The translations under genes and the position numbers were made by a program. Below the pieces are notes generated by a model. The model had not been told where the DNA came from, did not search any database, and saw only the letters and a list, made by a program, of their open reading frames with translations. DNA of 46,588 bases from Octopus bimaculoides (lineage: Eukaryota). Shown piece after piece: positions 12,265 to 24,513 of the stretch. Position 1 is the stretch's first letter, and each line of letters begins with the position of its first letter. Location of the stretch: positions 11,311,910-11,358,497 of the forward strand of contig NC_069001.1 in NCBI RefSeq assembly GCF_001194135.2, in the 5' to 3' direction.

Positions 12265-13918
12265 TCCTCATACCTGAGAGAGTGAGGTAGGTGTTCGCTC
12301 CCCCTGCTAACAACATATAGTATATATAGGATGCAGAGTCGCACCGATAACTAGCTGGTGGAGAATATGCCTGGGGTTAAACTAGTAGTAACATTCAACA
12401 GTCACTTTATTGTTTAGTATAGTTACTATTCCGGTTACTATTCGTGAGATATCACAACTAGCTACTTTGCTTATATATAAATAAATGAATGTGTGTGTGA
12501 ATGTGAGTTTGACCCCATAAGAATATACACTTTGAAAGAACGTGAGATAATTTGCAATAATTCATTGGCGTGTATCTCGAAGAACATACAGCTAAAAATA
12601 ATACCTAGAACAGCAGACATTTCTCGCTGATGTGAATAAAGTTTCTAAAATAGACAGAAACTTTCAAAAGAATGCTTTAGTCCAATGGTAGAACATTTAT
12701 CACATTTACAGGAGATTTGGGTTCTTGTACCACGTGAAGCCTTTCCTGCCTTTCTATCCACGTAGCTTTATTAACACGTTATTTGCACGCTATTATTTAT
12801 AGACTTTTTCGGTGTAAAGTTCTTCGCTTTAAGGTCATCACGAAAGGTTTGGCTGGTGGCTCAACCTTCCGAGTTCTTTGACAGGGCTTAGAAAAAACTG
12901 AAGAGCCGATGCAACTCTGCAGTAAGTATGTTCAATAAAATCATAATTAACTGATCCTTCTGTATTTTCGTTTACCCAACGCCAGGAACCGATTAAATGC
13001 TAAGATATTGGTAATGTCAAATATGTAATATACATACATACATATATATATATAAAGAATAATAAATGGAGCAAAACGCATATAATCAATAAGTTCCCTT
13101 TTGATTATATGCGTTTTCCTCCATTTATTATTATTCTTCATATCTACTCAAAATACATCACTTTAACATGGAATTTCTACCCATTAACCGGGTATGATAT
13201 CCCAGTTTTTTGTGTGATTTTTGCTACCCTGGTAACTATTAACATATTTGCATTATCGAAGTTTTTCAACCAAGATAATATTAATATATACATAAATTAA
13301 TATATATATATATAAAGGTTTGTACCGAAGATATTTGAGTTCATCATTTAGTGTTTACTTAATCTCCTTTCTGAAGGTTTGCTTTTTAGAGTTGACTATA
13401 ATCAAATACTTTCATTCAGAAAACAGTTTCATGCACGCAAGACTGAAACTTAGAGAAACTTTTGCACTCGTTTCGTTGATTTATAACTGAAACAACCATC
13501 ACTTGCATGCAGCTAGTAATTCGCAGAAAATCACATATGTCTATGCACTTTTGGTTTATACGTTTTTTAATGGTGCACACTGTCAACCATAGTGGAATTC
13601 CCTTCGTAAATAAACAGCACTAATTGCTTATAACAAATAACTAGAAATCTGTTAGGACGATAATCCAAGGCTTAAATAGAGGGAAGAAAAATTATTATCG
13701 GAGGATTACAGTTCAATAAAATAACCAGTTGGTATCCATAATAAGACTCGTTTCCAGAAAATAATGAATGGAATTCTTGAAAGTTTACTGCAGTGTCGCC
13801 TGTGACTATGAGGTAACTAAACTGACGTGAAACCGGGGCTTACATCGAAAACAATCATTCAAATAATGTTGAGGGGTGATATTTTATCATTATTTTTAAA
13901 ACATGATAATAACTAAGA

Positions 13919-13964
<46 letters not shown>

Positions 13965-14293
13965 ATATATATATATATNNNNNNNNNNTGTAAAATTACT
14001 GTTCGCCTTACAAACTGCACGATTAGAGTTATTTAATTGGCCTAATTCAAAGAAAACATTATTGGAAATATTTTCGTTTTTAATTTCCCTTCTATTTAAT
14101 TGGATGTCTGGAGGGAAATCGTTAATAGGGCTTCAGAAGCTGTGAAGGTGAACGCAATTTCAACTTGCTTAATGATGTTTACAAGAACTGCGTGTCTAAA
14201 ATCAGTTCGTAAAACTTGAGGTTAATATAATGTTAAGACGCACATTCAATCTATATTAAATTTCAGAAATAACTCTCTCTCTCTCTCTCTGTC

Positions 14294-14341
<48 letters not shown>

Positions 14342-14930
14342 TCACACTCACACACACACACACACATATATATACATATATTTATTTATAAGTGTTTGCA
14401 TGTGTTTGTATCTATGTATGTATGTATGAATGCATCCATGTGTGTATGTATCTATCTGTCTCCCTGCCTATCTGTCTGTCTTTCTGTCTATCTATCTATG
14501 CAGAGTTATTCCGTACACTAATTTCTTAAAAAAATAACCATACCGATTATTGTGACGAAGACATTACACGTTTTGTACAACAAAACTTTAGTACAGACGC
14601 TGAAATTTTGACTTAGTGTAGGATGACTTTTACACGTTAGTATAAAATCGATGAAAGTTTTATTTCGTATCATACCCTTCTAAATGACTAATGTATTTCG
14701 TATTGATATTGATATCTAAAGCCTCATATATAGGTCAAAATGACACAGTATAAATCATTCGTTATAAACGAGGCGGAGGAAAACAGCAAAAAACAAAGAC
14801 AAGGAAATAGCGATAACTATTGATGTATTAAAACGAAAACGATGAATAGATAACGATGAATCTAAGGTAAGTGGAAGGCTTACAACCCTTTTCCGGTATC
14901 TGAAATAATGAAAACTCAAGTCGGAGGAGC

Positions 14931-14991
<61 letters not shown>

Positions 14992-16128
14992 NNNNNNNNN
15001 NNNNNNNNNNNNNNNNNNNNNNNNNNNNNNNNNNNNNNNNNNNNNNNNNNNNNNNNNNNNNNNNNNNNNNNNNNNNNNNNNNNNNNNNNNNNNNNNNNNN
15101 NNNNNNNNNNNNNNNNNNNNNNNNNNNNNNNNNNNNNNNNNNNNNNNNNNNNNNNNNNNNNNNNNNNNNNNNNNNNNNNNNNNNNNNNNNNNNNNNNNNN
15201 NNNNNNNNNNNNNNNNNNNNNNNNNNNNNNNNNNNNNNNNNNNNNNNNNNNNNNNNNNNNNNNNNNNNNNNNNNNNNNNNNNNNNNNNNNNNNNNNNNNN
15301 NNNNNNNNNNNNNNNNNNNNNNNNNNNNNNNNNNNNNNNNNNNNNTATATATATATATATATATGTATGTATATATATATATAATTATGTAGAGAATGGA
15401 GAAACAAACACAAGAAGAAGCAAGTCAATTCTCCATCTCCACATAATTATAAACTGCGGTTTAAACAATAAATTACCTGCCTCTGGATACCTTCTAACAA
15501 AGACGGTACCCACATAAGTAATCTCCAGGAGTGCCTTCGGATTTAACAATCCCCTAGTTGCTTAGATACTTCAGACTACCCCTGAAATATTGAAGCAATC
15601 CTATCATTTACATATATATATATATATATATATATATGTAAATATGTGTTCACTGTGAGACTTATCTTTCAAGTGTTTCGAACAAGATATAACAGTTGAA
15701 AATTTGTGCATCCCAAGAAAGAGATGTTCTCTCAATTCTTAACCTCATAGTATTTTGGAGCAGAATGAAGATCTGATATTCACGTGTTTTTGCTCCTCAT
15801 TGTAACCTTTTGTGGCGAAAATAATGACTTATCAGAATATAGTTTCTAGGTATACATTCTTATTTTAAAACAGAGTCTTTTGATGTAACATGTCAGTCAG
15901 AAAAATTTTCAACATGTATTCTGATGACTGCATAAAAGAAAAAAGTCGTACTTCTAATTTTCCCCAGATTACACCTGATGAAATTGATGGTGTGGAAATC
16001 GTTTAAAGACTCATCAAATAATATATATNNNNNNNNNNNNNNNNNNNNNNNNNNNNNNNNNNNNNNNNNNNNNNNNNNNNNNNNNNNNNNNNNNNNNNNN
16101 NNNNNNNNNNNNNNNNNNNNNNNNNNNN

Positions 16129-16172
16129 GGTTTGTAAGCAAGCTACTTACCACACAGCCACTCCTGCGCCTA
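16129..16172 (-). mobile_element. SINE family 1 head; remainder lies in the N-gap
   Basis: Reverse complement reads aggcgcaggagtggctgtgtggtaagtagcttgcttac, with an A-box-like TGGCTGTGTGG. Confidence 0.8.
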
Positions 16173-16586
16173 TGATATGTTGATGGAGATGATGTAAATG
16201 TTATGAAGGAATGTATTGGTGAAATGTAAGTGGTAAAGTCCAAATTGACACAATATAACAAAAATTCTAAATCAACGAATTGGAAAGTTTGGTGATAGTT
16301 GCATAGGAGTTTGTATAATTGGTTAATCTCAACGAGGAGTACACAAATATTGCGTCCTTTGAATGCATATAATTTTGGAATAAAATTACAATTGATACTA
16401 AACGTTTCATATATATAATACATGTACGTATACATGTTATGTGTACGTGTGTATTTAAGTATGTGTATATGTAAATGTACATGTATTTATTGGTGTGTGT
16501 GTGTGTGCGCGTATACTTGTCTAAAATATCTCTGAGTCAGAAAAAGAAGCAGATACATATATTAGTTAATAAAGCATATTTATAAA

Positions 16587-16800
16587 GCGACGGAGAGCTG
16601 GCAGAAACGTTTGCACGCCGGGCGAAATGCTTAGCCGTTCGCCTGCTTTTACGTTTTGGGCGAAAATTCCGCCGAGGTGGACTTTGCTTATCATCCTATC
16701 GTGCTCGATAAATTAAGCACCAGTTGCATACTAGAGACGATGTAATCGACTCCCCCTCCCCAAAAGCAATTTGAGCCTAGTGCCTAGTGTAGAAAAGAGT
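16587..16800 (+). mobile_element. tRNA-derived SINE family 2
   Basis: Head gagctggcagaaacg...cacgccgggcgaaatgcttagc, body aattccgccgaggtggactttgc, tail gcctagtgtagaaaagag. Confidence 0.85.
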
Positions 16801-17049
16801 AAAGAGTATTAATCGTTATTCTACGAGATGATTTTCTTTTCAAAATAACCAAATTTACAATTGGTTTCAAAGTTGAAAACCAGCACGGACATATATACAT
16901 ATAAATATACTACATACATGCATATGTCTAAAATCGTTTACATCTCTCCTTTTCAATACCTATTATACTATCTATTTATCTCTATATCTCCCTGTCTTTG
17001 TTTCTCCTCTCTCTCTCTCTCTATATATATATATATGTACGTATATATA

Positions 17050-17168
17050 TTGAAGAGCGTAGCTCGAAACGTCAAAGACTTTCCGTATTCCCGAGCGTCA
17101 TACTAATACATCCTTTTGTTATTTACACCACCTGTCCTCGTCTGTTGTTTTTTCGTACATTCTCCCAT
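17050..17168 (+). mobile_element. Short hammerhead-relic-bearing fragment (PLE-terminus-like) embedded in (TA)n
   Basis: TTGAAGA-GC-GTA-GCTC-GAAA-CGTC-aaa-GAC-TTT, followed by about 85 nt of unique sequence, with (TA)n on both sides. Confidence 0.5.
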
Positions 17169-17171
17169 ATA

Positions 17172-17202
<31 letters not shown>

Positions 17203-17867
17203 GCTTATTTATAAATGTATACATATATATACATGCATATTCCCGTAACATATCTATCCTTGTAGTTGACGATGGCTTATCTAACAGATATCATGTGGTT
17301 ATTCTACATCAGAACATTGGAGGAATGAGTAAAAGCATTTTTTCTTCTTATTTTTAAACAGCAATTTCAGCAAAACCTCATGTAGAAGGGATCAATTTTT
17401 TGACATTTAATTGCATCCGGTTGAACCATTTTGACTGCTGCAAGACGTATCAGTTCCCTTTCTCGAATTAAGTCTTATTCTCGTCTTTCCCTATGTTTTT
17501 TTTTATTTTTTATTATTATTATTTCATTGGATACTGGTCGCAGTGTTGTAATTCTCTTCTTTGTTCCTGCATTCTTATTCTTTCTACTGTAGAGTGTTGT
17601 GGTTGCTGGTGATGATGGGTGGTTTTGGTGGTGATGCTGGTGTTCCAGGTTTCGATGTCTGTATCATCGCGTCTACTGATAACGCTGGTTAATGGCATTG
17701 TCGAAAGAAGAAATGACAGAGAAATATCTTAGAAGAGCTCTGGTAAATAATAAGCGAGAACTCCACAATTCTGTCATCTGTCAGCTCTTCAAATTTACCT
17801 CCAGTAACGACAACAGCAACAACAACTGCTATTACTATAACTACTACTTACAATGACGTTACTGTTG

Positions 17868-18251
17868 TTGTTGTTGGCACTCCGTCGCTTACAACGTCGA
17901 GGGTTCCAGTTGATCCGATCAACGGAACAGCCTGCTCGTGAAATTAACGTGCAAGTGGCTGAGCACTCCACAGACACGTGTACCCTTAACGTAGTTCTCG
18001 GGAATATTCAGCGTGACACAGTGTGACAAGGTTGGCCTTTGAATTACAGGTACAACAGAAACAGGAAGTAAGAGTGAGAGAAAGTTGTGGTGAAAGAGTA
18101 CAGCAGGGTTCGCCACCATCCCCTGCCGGAGCCTCGTGGAGCTTTAGGTGTTTTCGCTCAATAAACACTCACAACGCTCGGTCTGGGAATCGAAACCGCG
18201 ATCCTATGACCGCGAGTTCGCTGCCCTAACCACTGGACCATCGCGCCTCCA
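17868..18251 (-). mobile_element. tRNA-derived SINE family 3, full length, RTE-like 3' end
   Basis: Minus-strand head ggaggcgcgatggtccagtggttagggcagcg...ggtttcgattccc has A and B boxes. The 3' end has the hairpin cgttgtaagcgacg, then gagtgcc and (AAC)n. Confidence 0.9.
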
Positions 18252-18787
18252 CAGATGATGTTACTATTACTACCGCTACTACTAACAGCAACTACGTCAA
18301 CAACGATGACAGCTAACACGGCTTCCCGTTTGTAGTCGCCTACACTGCTTGAAAAAGCAGCCAAATCCCCCTCATATTACATGATTCTTTCTCAGAAAAC
18401 GCTGGGTCGACGTCGAATTATACCTGTTTTTTTTTTTAGGTTTATTTGTTTTTTGCACAAGAGGAAAATGCAAATCATGATTGAAATACTTTTGTACGTA
18501 AACCTGTTCGATCATGATAGACCTGGGCTAAATAAAACCAATAAAATAACAACAATAACCAGACACATCATATACATATAGTTTCCTCGCTAACAACGCC
18601 AGACATATGAAGGGCTGTTCTCTTGCGTTATATTGCAATTAAAGTAAGGCTTCAATAGGTCACACAAATGCTGAAATACCCTATGTGCGATGTAGACCTT
18701 TGAAACGATATCTTGCTCTTTTCAGTTGAAGAAATTACGCATACAGACATATACACACACAGTGGCACACACAAATACATATATACA

Positions 18788-18897
18788 TACGTGTACAGAT
18801 GTATATATATATATATATACGTGTACAGATGTATATACATATATATATATATATATACGTGTACAGATGTATATACATATATATACGTGTACAGATG

Positions 18898-18905
<8 letters not shown>
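18788..18905 (+). repeat. Minisatellite atatacgtgtacagatgtatatac x3 within (TA)n
   Basis: Direct reading of the sequence. Confidence 0.85.
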
Positions 18906-18958
<53 letters not shown>

Positions 18959-19083
18959 GTTTATATATACATACACATAAATTTATATAAATGTATACGT
19001 CATTATAAATGTATTTTATATGCACTTGTATATAGTGCATATCTGTACAAATAAAGGTTTAATAAACGTATAGAAAAATATAG

Positions 19084-19118
<35 letters not shown>

Positions 19119-19199
19119 GATAGATAGATAGATAGACATATATATATATATGTATATCTATGTGTGTATTATATATATATATATATATGCATATATATG

Positions 19200-19247
<48 letters not shown>

Positions 19248-19459
19248 CCTCTGTACGTTATCAATTTTTTTGTGCTTTGTCATTTTTTCATAAATAATAT
19301 TTTTGATGTTTTTCTCCGACATTTTTTTATTCTTTGTTTCAAACAGCCATTAGCTGGCAGCGTACATGTCAGACACTTCGTGATATTAAGTGTTGTAGAA
19401 ATATTTCTGTCAGTCGACAGAATAGGCTTGGAAAAAGCAATTTATCAAGACAAGTACGG

Positions 19460-19595
19460 TTGCGATGATGATGGCGATAGAAGTAGTAGTGGTGGTGGTG
19501 GTGAGGATGGTGATGCCAACGACGACGGTGATGACGCTGATAATGATGACGATGAAGACGATGATGACCATGAAGAAGAAGAAGAAGAAGAAATA
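19460..19595 (+). repeat. Compound trinucleotide tract (GAT/GGT/GAC/GAA)n
   Basis: Direct reading. It explains the D/E/G-rich spurious ORF. Confidence 0.85.
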
Positions 19596-19794
19596 ATGGA
19601 AACAATGGCATCAAAATTGAAGGTAAATTCTCTGTTCCTGTAGAGTAGGAATGAAATGTGCAGGTGGTACTACCACTGACTGAAGGAGAAATACAACGAA
19701 AAGCAGAAGTAGATAACGAAATGTTTATATCAGATAGACAGAATGAGACGCCATACATACATATATGCATTTACGCACACACACACACACACAA

Positions 19795-19828
<34 letters not shown>

Positions 19829-20024
19829 ACACGCAGAGTCATTTTTACGTAGAATCTGAACAAGTATTAAGAAAATTGATGTAGTTTGCGGATCAGTTCT
19901 TAAAAGTAGTTTTACAGCTATTTATATATGTGGTTACATATATATATATATATATTTTTTTTTTTTTTGCTGTCTAGGTCAAAGTTTACGTAAACATAAT
20001 TGTGGTTAAGTTTAATCTTATGGC

Positions 20025-20267
20025 TTTTATATTATTTTTTTTATTCTCATTATTACGAAGGGTGGTAGGTTGGTTAAGTCGGTACCGAGTAGAGAAAACA
20101 AGGTCTATTATGTTCGTTTCTACATTGAATTTATCATTTCATAGGCGCTAATGTAAAATACGAGCCAAAGACAATGAATTGACTAAAAGCAGTGAACAGC
20201 CATTATAGATATATATGTATGTATATTGTTTTCATATTTTAGCACAATGCCAGCAATTTCGGAGGAG
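20025..20267 (+). repeat. Local duplicated segment, copy 1 (paired with 21996-22225)
   Basis: Colinear similarity of about 230-240 bp, including aatgtaaaatacgagcc.aagacaatgaattg. Confidence 0.9.
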
Positions 20268-20415
20268 GGTTTAAGTCGACCCCATTTATCAACTCGTATT
20301 TCATTTTATCGATAGTGAAAGGATGTAAATAAAAGTGGACCTCAGCGGAATTCGAACTCAGAACGTAAAGACAGACGAAATACTGTTGAGCATTATGGCC
20401 GACGTTCTAACGATT
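20240..20415 (-). mobile_element. SINE family 2
   Basis: gcggaattcgaactcagaacgtaaagacagacgaaatac is the reverse complement of the family body. Confidence 0.8.
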
Positions 20416-20819
20416 AGCATGCATGTATATAAAATTTATGATCAACACACATATAAATAGATGCCCGCTCAACACTTAATAAACCTCATATGCGTAAATC
20501 GTAAACGTGTTTGACAAAAGACATTCTGGAGAACGCTTCCCTCAATTGTTTTGGCTAATCTTACAGAATTTTGTCAGTGAACAGGTCGCGGTCTCAAAGC
20601 GACGAAAATATTTCGACAAATTAAATTTAAATGTTGAAGTGAATCTAACGGGTTTTGTGTGTTATTTTAAATGGCTTATAAACACCTTCCACGCTGCAAT
20701 TGTTTTCGTTCCAGCACACGATCTCAGATCAGGTCACTTGCTATGCAAGTGCATCTCCTTTTTATTCTTTACCATTCAGATAACTGTGTAAAATGTAATG
20801 TTGAATCATTCAGATTTAC

Positions 20820-21305
20820 TGCTTTTACTCCTTTATTTGTTTCAGTAATTTGACTGCGGTCATGCTGGAGCACCAGCTTTAGTCGAGCAAATCGACCCCA
20901 GGACTTATTCTTTCTAAGCCTAGTACTTATTATATCGGTCTGTATTGCCGAACCACCAAGTTACGGGGACGTAAACACACCAGCATCGGTTGTTAAGTNN
21001 NNNNNNNNNNNNNNNNNNNNNNNNNNNNNNNNNNNNNNNNNNNNNNNNNNNNNNNNNNNNNNNNNNNNNNNNNNNNNNNNNNNNNNNNNNNNNNNNNNNN
21101 NNNNNNNNNNNNNNNNNNNNNNNNNNNNNNNNNNNNNNNNNNNAATATACATATATACGACGGGCTTCTTTCAGTTTGCGTCTACCAAATCCACTCAGAA
21201 GGCCTTGATGGGCCCGAGGCTATAGTAGAATACATTTGCCCAAGGTGACACGCAATGGGACTGAACCCAGAATCATGTGCTTGGTAAGCAAGTTTCTTAC
21301 CACAC
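20820..21305 (-). mobile_element. SINE family 1 spanning an N-gap
   Basis: 3' half at 20820-20998 and 5' half at 21150-21305. Confidence 0.85.
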
Positions 21306-21375
21306 TGCCACATGCAGAAGGTGTTCGTCGATAAATTTATTTATAAGCAATTTAAGCCGTTCATTGGAACCTCAC

Positions 21376-21495
21376 ACGGTTTTGGTCGGCCCGGGGCTAT
21401 CGTAGAAGAGACTTGCCCAAGGTGCCACGCAGTGGGACTGAACCCAGAACCATGTGGTTGGTAAGAAAGCTACTTACCACGCAGCCACTCCTATG
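21376..21495 (-). mobile_element. SINE family 1, 5' portion, truncated
   Basis: gcccaaggtgccacgcagtgggactgaacccagaaccatgtggttggtaag...ttaccacgcagccactcct. Confidence 0.9.
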
Positions 21496-21869
21496 CATCA
21501 TCACCTGGCTTTGAGATTTCTAAGATGTGACTGTTTATTTTCAGAATGACATTTTAAAACAGGTTTACTAGGCAAGAACTGGCTGGTTTGAACGTAAAAC
21601 AAGTCAAATATTTAGACCAGATATAGCTGGTTTAAAGGCTGAGAAGTTTATAGTATTTCTGAGCGCAAGTTGACACACTAGACACCTCTTAACCCAGTAG
21701 AAAATCGCCGATGTGACAGCTGGAGTGAGAAAGGGCGGCAGCAGCATTATATTGCCACTCATTTTCAGCTGTTTAAACTGGTGTGACGTGATGGGAAGTG
21801 CTTGACCAAAGACAACGTGTGCTCCGGTTCAAAAATCCTAACTTAGGTCGGTAGAGATCTGCGTGTCGG

Positions 21870-21990
21870 ATAGAATTAATTGCTGTACACATTTCTACGC
21901 TCGAAGTTCAAAACCTGCTGAAGTCGTCCTGTCTTTTCATCTTTTCGCGCTCAATAAATTCAAGTACCAAGCAAGCGCTGAGGCCAGTCG
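21870..21990 (+). mobile_element. SINE family 2, strongly diverged
   Basis: gaagttcaaaacctgctgaagtcg...ttttcatcttttcg...ataaattcaagtacc. Confidence 0.55.
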
Positions 21991-21995
21991 TACGG

Positions 21996-22225
21996 TTTTT
22001 ATATTATTTTTATTCTCATTAACATGAAGGGTGCTAGGTTGGTTAAATCGGAGTCGAAAACAATGTCTAATATGTTCGTTTCCACATTGAATTTAACATT
22101 TCATGGGCGCTAATGTAAAATACGAGCCGAAGACAATGAATTGCCTAATAGAGGTGAACAGCGATTATAGATATATATGTATATTGATTTCATATTTTGG
22201 CACTACGCCACCAATTTCGGAGGAG
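21996..22225 (+). repeat. Local duplicated segment, copy 2 (paired with 20025-20267)
   Basis: Colinear similarity to 20025-20267. Confidence 0.9.
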
Positions 22226-22644
22226 ATTAAGATAAGCGGTCTCTCTCGTTTTCATCGAATATGACCTTATATTGAAACTAGATTCATCTCACTATAATAG
22301 ATGTCATTTAATTGATTAGCAAGAAGTTGCTCACAGATGGATGCGAACCACAAACGTTCTCTCTGCACGGTTTCCTCAAAATATCCCTACGACAGTGACC
22401 ACTCCTTGAGGCTAGCTGATTTTCTCCTCACATCCGAATGGTCGCATGCAGTTCGCTCGATCTTTCCTATTTTTGCCACCCATATTGTGTTCTTGAATAC
22501 TCCGCCCTAGACCATTCTTTCTACCGTAGAAAATTGCCCTCACTTAGTACGTTTTATTTTCTGGAACATTCGATTTGCATAAAATCAAGCAGAATATTAA
22601 CGGCTTCAGTCTCACTGGAAGAATAGCGTGTCGAGCAGGATCGG

Positions 22645-22742
22645 TATTCTTTCAGTTTTCCGTCTATCAAATCCACTCACAAGGCTTTGGTCGGCCCGAG
22701 GCCATAGTAGAAGACACTTGCTCAAGGTGCCACGCAGTGGGA
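22645..22742 (-). mobile_element. SINE family 1 internal fragment
   Basis: ttcagttttccgtctatcaaatccactcacaaggctttggtcggcccgaggc...gtgccacgcagtggga. Confidence 0.85.
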
Positions 22743-23062
22743 ATGCAGTAAATGCCAGAATATTACAAAAACGGGTTTTAGTACGCACCGAATGGTCTTT
22801 TCTAACATGCAGATAGATACTGAATGCTCATAAGGTTAACTGAGAGTTGGCACAATGATTCAATATGGAATAGAGGTCACTTAGAACATATCACCATTAT
22901 ATGAATCATATCATCAGAAATCTCACCCTATAATGACATTTATTTATACATATACGCAAAATCCATATATAGTAGAAATAAAGCGGGAAAACGGAGGAAA
23001 AGATACAGAGAGAAAATTACTAGAGAACGGAGGAAAGAGAACATCGCCAACAAAGAGAATAA

Positions 23063-23330
23063 GATGTCACTAATTAATTAGTGGAACATAAATGGTTGCG
23101 CATCCAATTATCTCTGAGTTCCATCTGGGGGAAACCTATACAAACAACGCTAATTAGAATCAATAGAAAAATGGGGACAGATAGCGAAGATATTTCTTAC
23201 ACTTAGTAACATTGTAGTGGATATGGCTGCTATGATGTACGTGCTTTCAAAAACAAAGGAAAAGTACAAGATTAAAAGAGTAAATACCACATTGACCTTG
23301 TTGTGAGATGCTGTGGAATTATAGGCAGAA
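23063..23330 (+). pseudogene. Possible very old LINE APE-endonuclease N-terminal remnant
   Basis: atg tca cta att aat tag tgg aac ata aat ggt gives M-S-L-I-N-*-W-N-I-N-G, resembling the APE WNxNG motif. Downstream motifs are not clearly recoverable. Confidence 0.25.
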
Positions 23331-23944
23331 TAATGATTTTATGAATAACTAAGTAAAATGGTCCATTCCTTCCTTAAATATGACGTTATAATTAAATATT
23401 AATGATAAGAATGTATCTTTATGAGAAGTTAATAAATATTTGTAAATTTTCAACTGATAGTTATTTGATCAATCTATTATTTGGAATGATTCCGGAAGGG
23501 AAGACGAGCTAAGATAGAAGAAGTCGGGATCTATAAATACATCGCGGTAATTACTAATCTGTTCCTAACACAAATGAGATTTTGTGATGTTCATTACCCA
23601 GACATTATTAGCCACTAGTCTTTTAGTAACAAGATTACTCGCATTTTAAAGTAATCTTTACAATATTGCTTTTTAAAATCCAGTATTTTAGTTTCCCATC
23701 AGAGCATACTATTGTACGAAAACAAATGCGAAATTTTGAGTAGGTTGTTGATCTCTAAATCAGAAAGCAAACGTCTGTTGGTATTCAGTATAGTAAGTTT
23801 ATCCCATCATCCATCATAATCATGAAGGTTAAATTTATCATTTTAGTAATCTGCAATCCAATATGGATGACTAAGATATATGTATAAAGTTTAGAACTTC
23901 AAGGGTCACGATAGAGAATTTTACAGTGTAGCTGATTTACTCTT

Positions 23945-24140
23945 TTACTTTTACTTGTTTCAGTCATTTGATTGCGACCATAGTGGAGCACCGCCTTTAA
24001 TCGAGCAAATCGACCGCAGGACTTTTTCTTTGCAAGCATAGTACTTATTCTATCGGTCTGTTTTGCCGAACCGCTAAATTACGGGGACGTAAACACAGCA
24101 TCGGTTGTCAAGCAATGTTGGGGGGGGGAGGACAAACACA
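23945..24140 (-). mobile_element. SINE family 1, 3' half
   Basis: tttcagtcatttgattgcgaccatagtggagcaccgcc...acggggacgtaaacac...ggacaaacacag. Confidence 0.85.
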
Positions 24141-24154
24141 GGCACACACACACG

Positions 24155-24196
<42 letters not shown>

Positions 24197-24474
24197 NNNN
24201 NNNNNNNNNNNNNNNNNNNNNNNNNNNNNNNNNNNNNNNNNNNNNNNNNNNNNNNNNNNNNNNNNNNNNNNNNNNNNNNNNNNNNNNNNNNNNNNNNNNN
24301 NNNNNNNNNNNNNNNNNNNNNNNNNNNNNNNNNNNNNNNNNNNNNNNNNNNNNNNNNNNNNNNNNNNNNNNNNNNNNNNNNNNNNNNNNNNNNNNNNNNN
24401 NNNNNNNNNNNNNNNNNNNNNNNNNNNNNNNNNNNNNNNNNNNNNNNNNNNNNNNNNNNCCTCACTATATATAA

Positions 24475-24513
<39 letters not shown>

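Larger units (their letters stand above)
11698..12472. mobile_element. Fold-back element B: about 1.1 monomers (327-344 nt) plus an inverted copy, hammerhead in each arm
   Basis: gttactactagtttaaccccag...attctc at 11733 recurs directly at 12060 and inverted at 12361-12392. 11733-12007 is the imperfect reverse complement of 12105-12392. gctactttg occurs at 12117 and 12461. Confidence 0.9.

Noticed and set aside
15975-16005. CTGATGA...GGAAA motif
   Set aside because: No stem II or stem III geometry.
18170-18251. tRNA gene
   Set aside because: It is a tRNA-like SINE head that continues into SINE body and lacks a complete acceptor stem.
19164-19643. D/E/G-rich ORF resembling an acidic domain
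   Set aside because: It is made of compound trinucleotide repeats preceded by (TA)n-derived codons, and has no recognisable domain.
21717-21773. Hairpin ACAGCTG...CAGCTGT as a pre-miRNA
   Set aside because: It has a large asymmetric internal loop and is too short for a canonical precursor.
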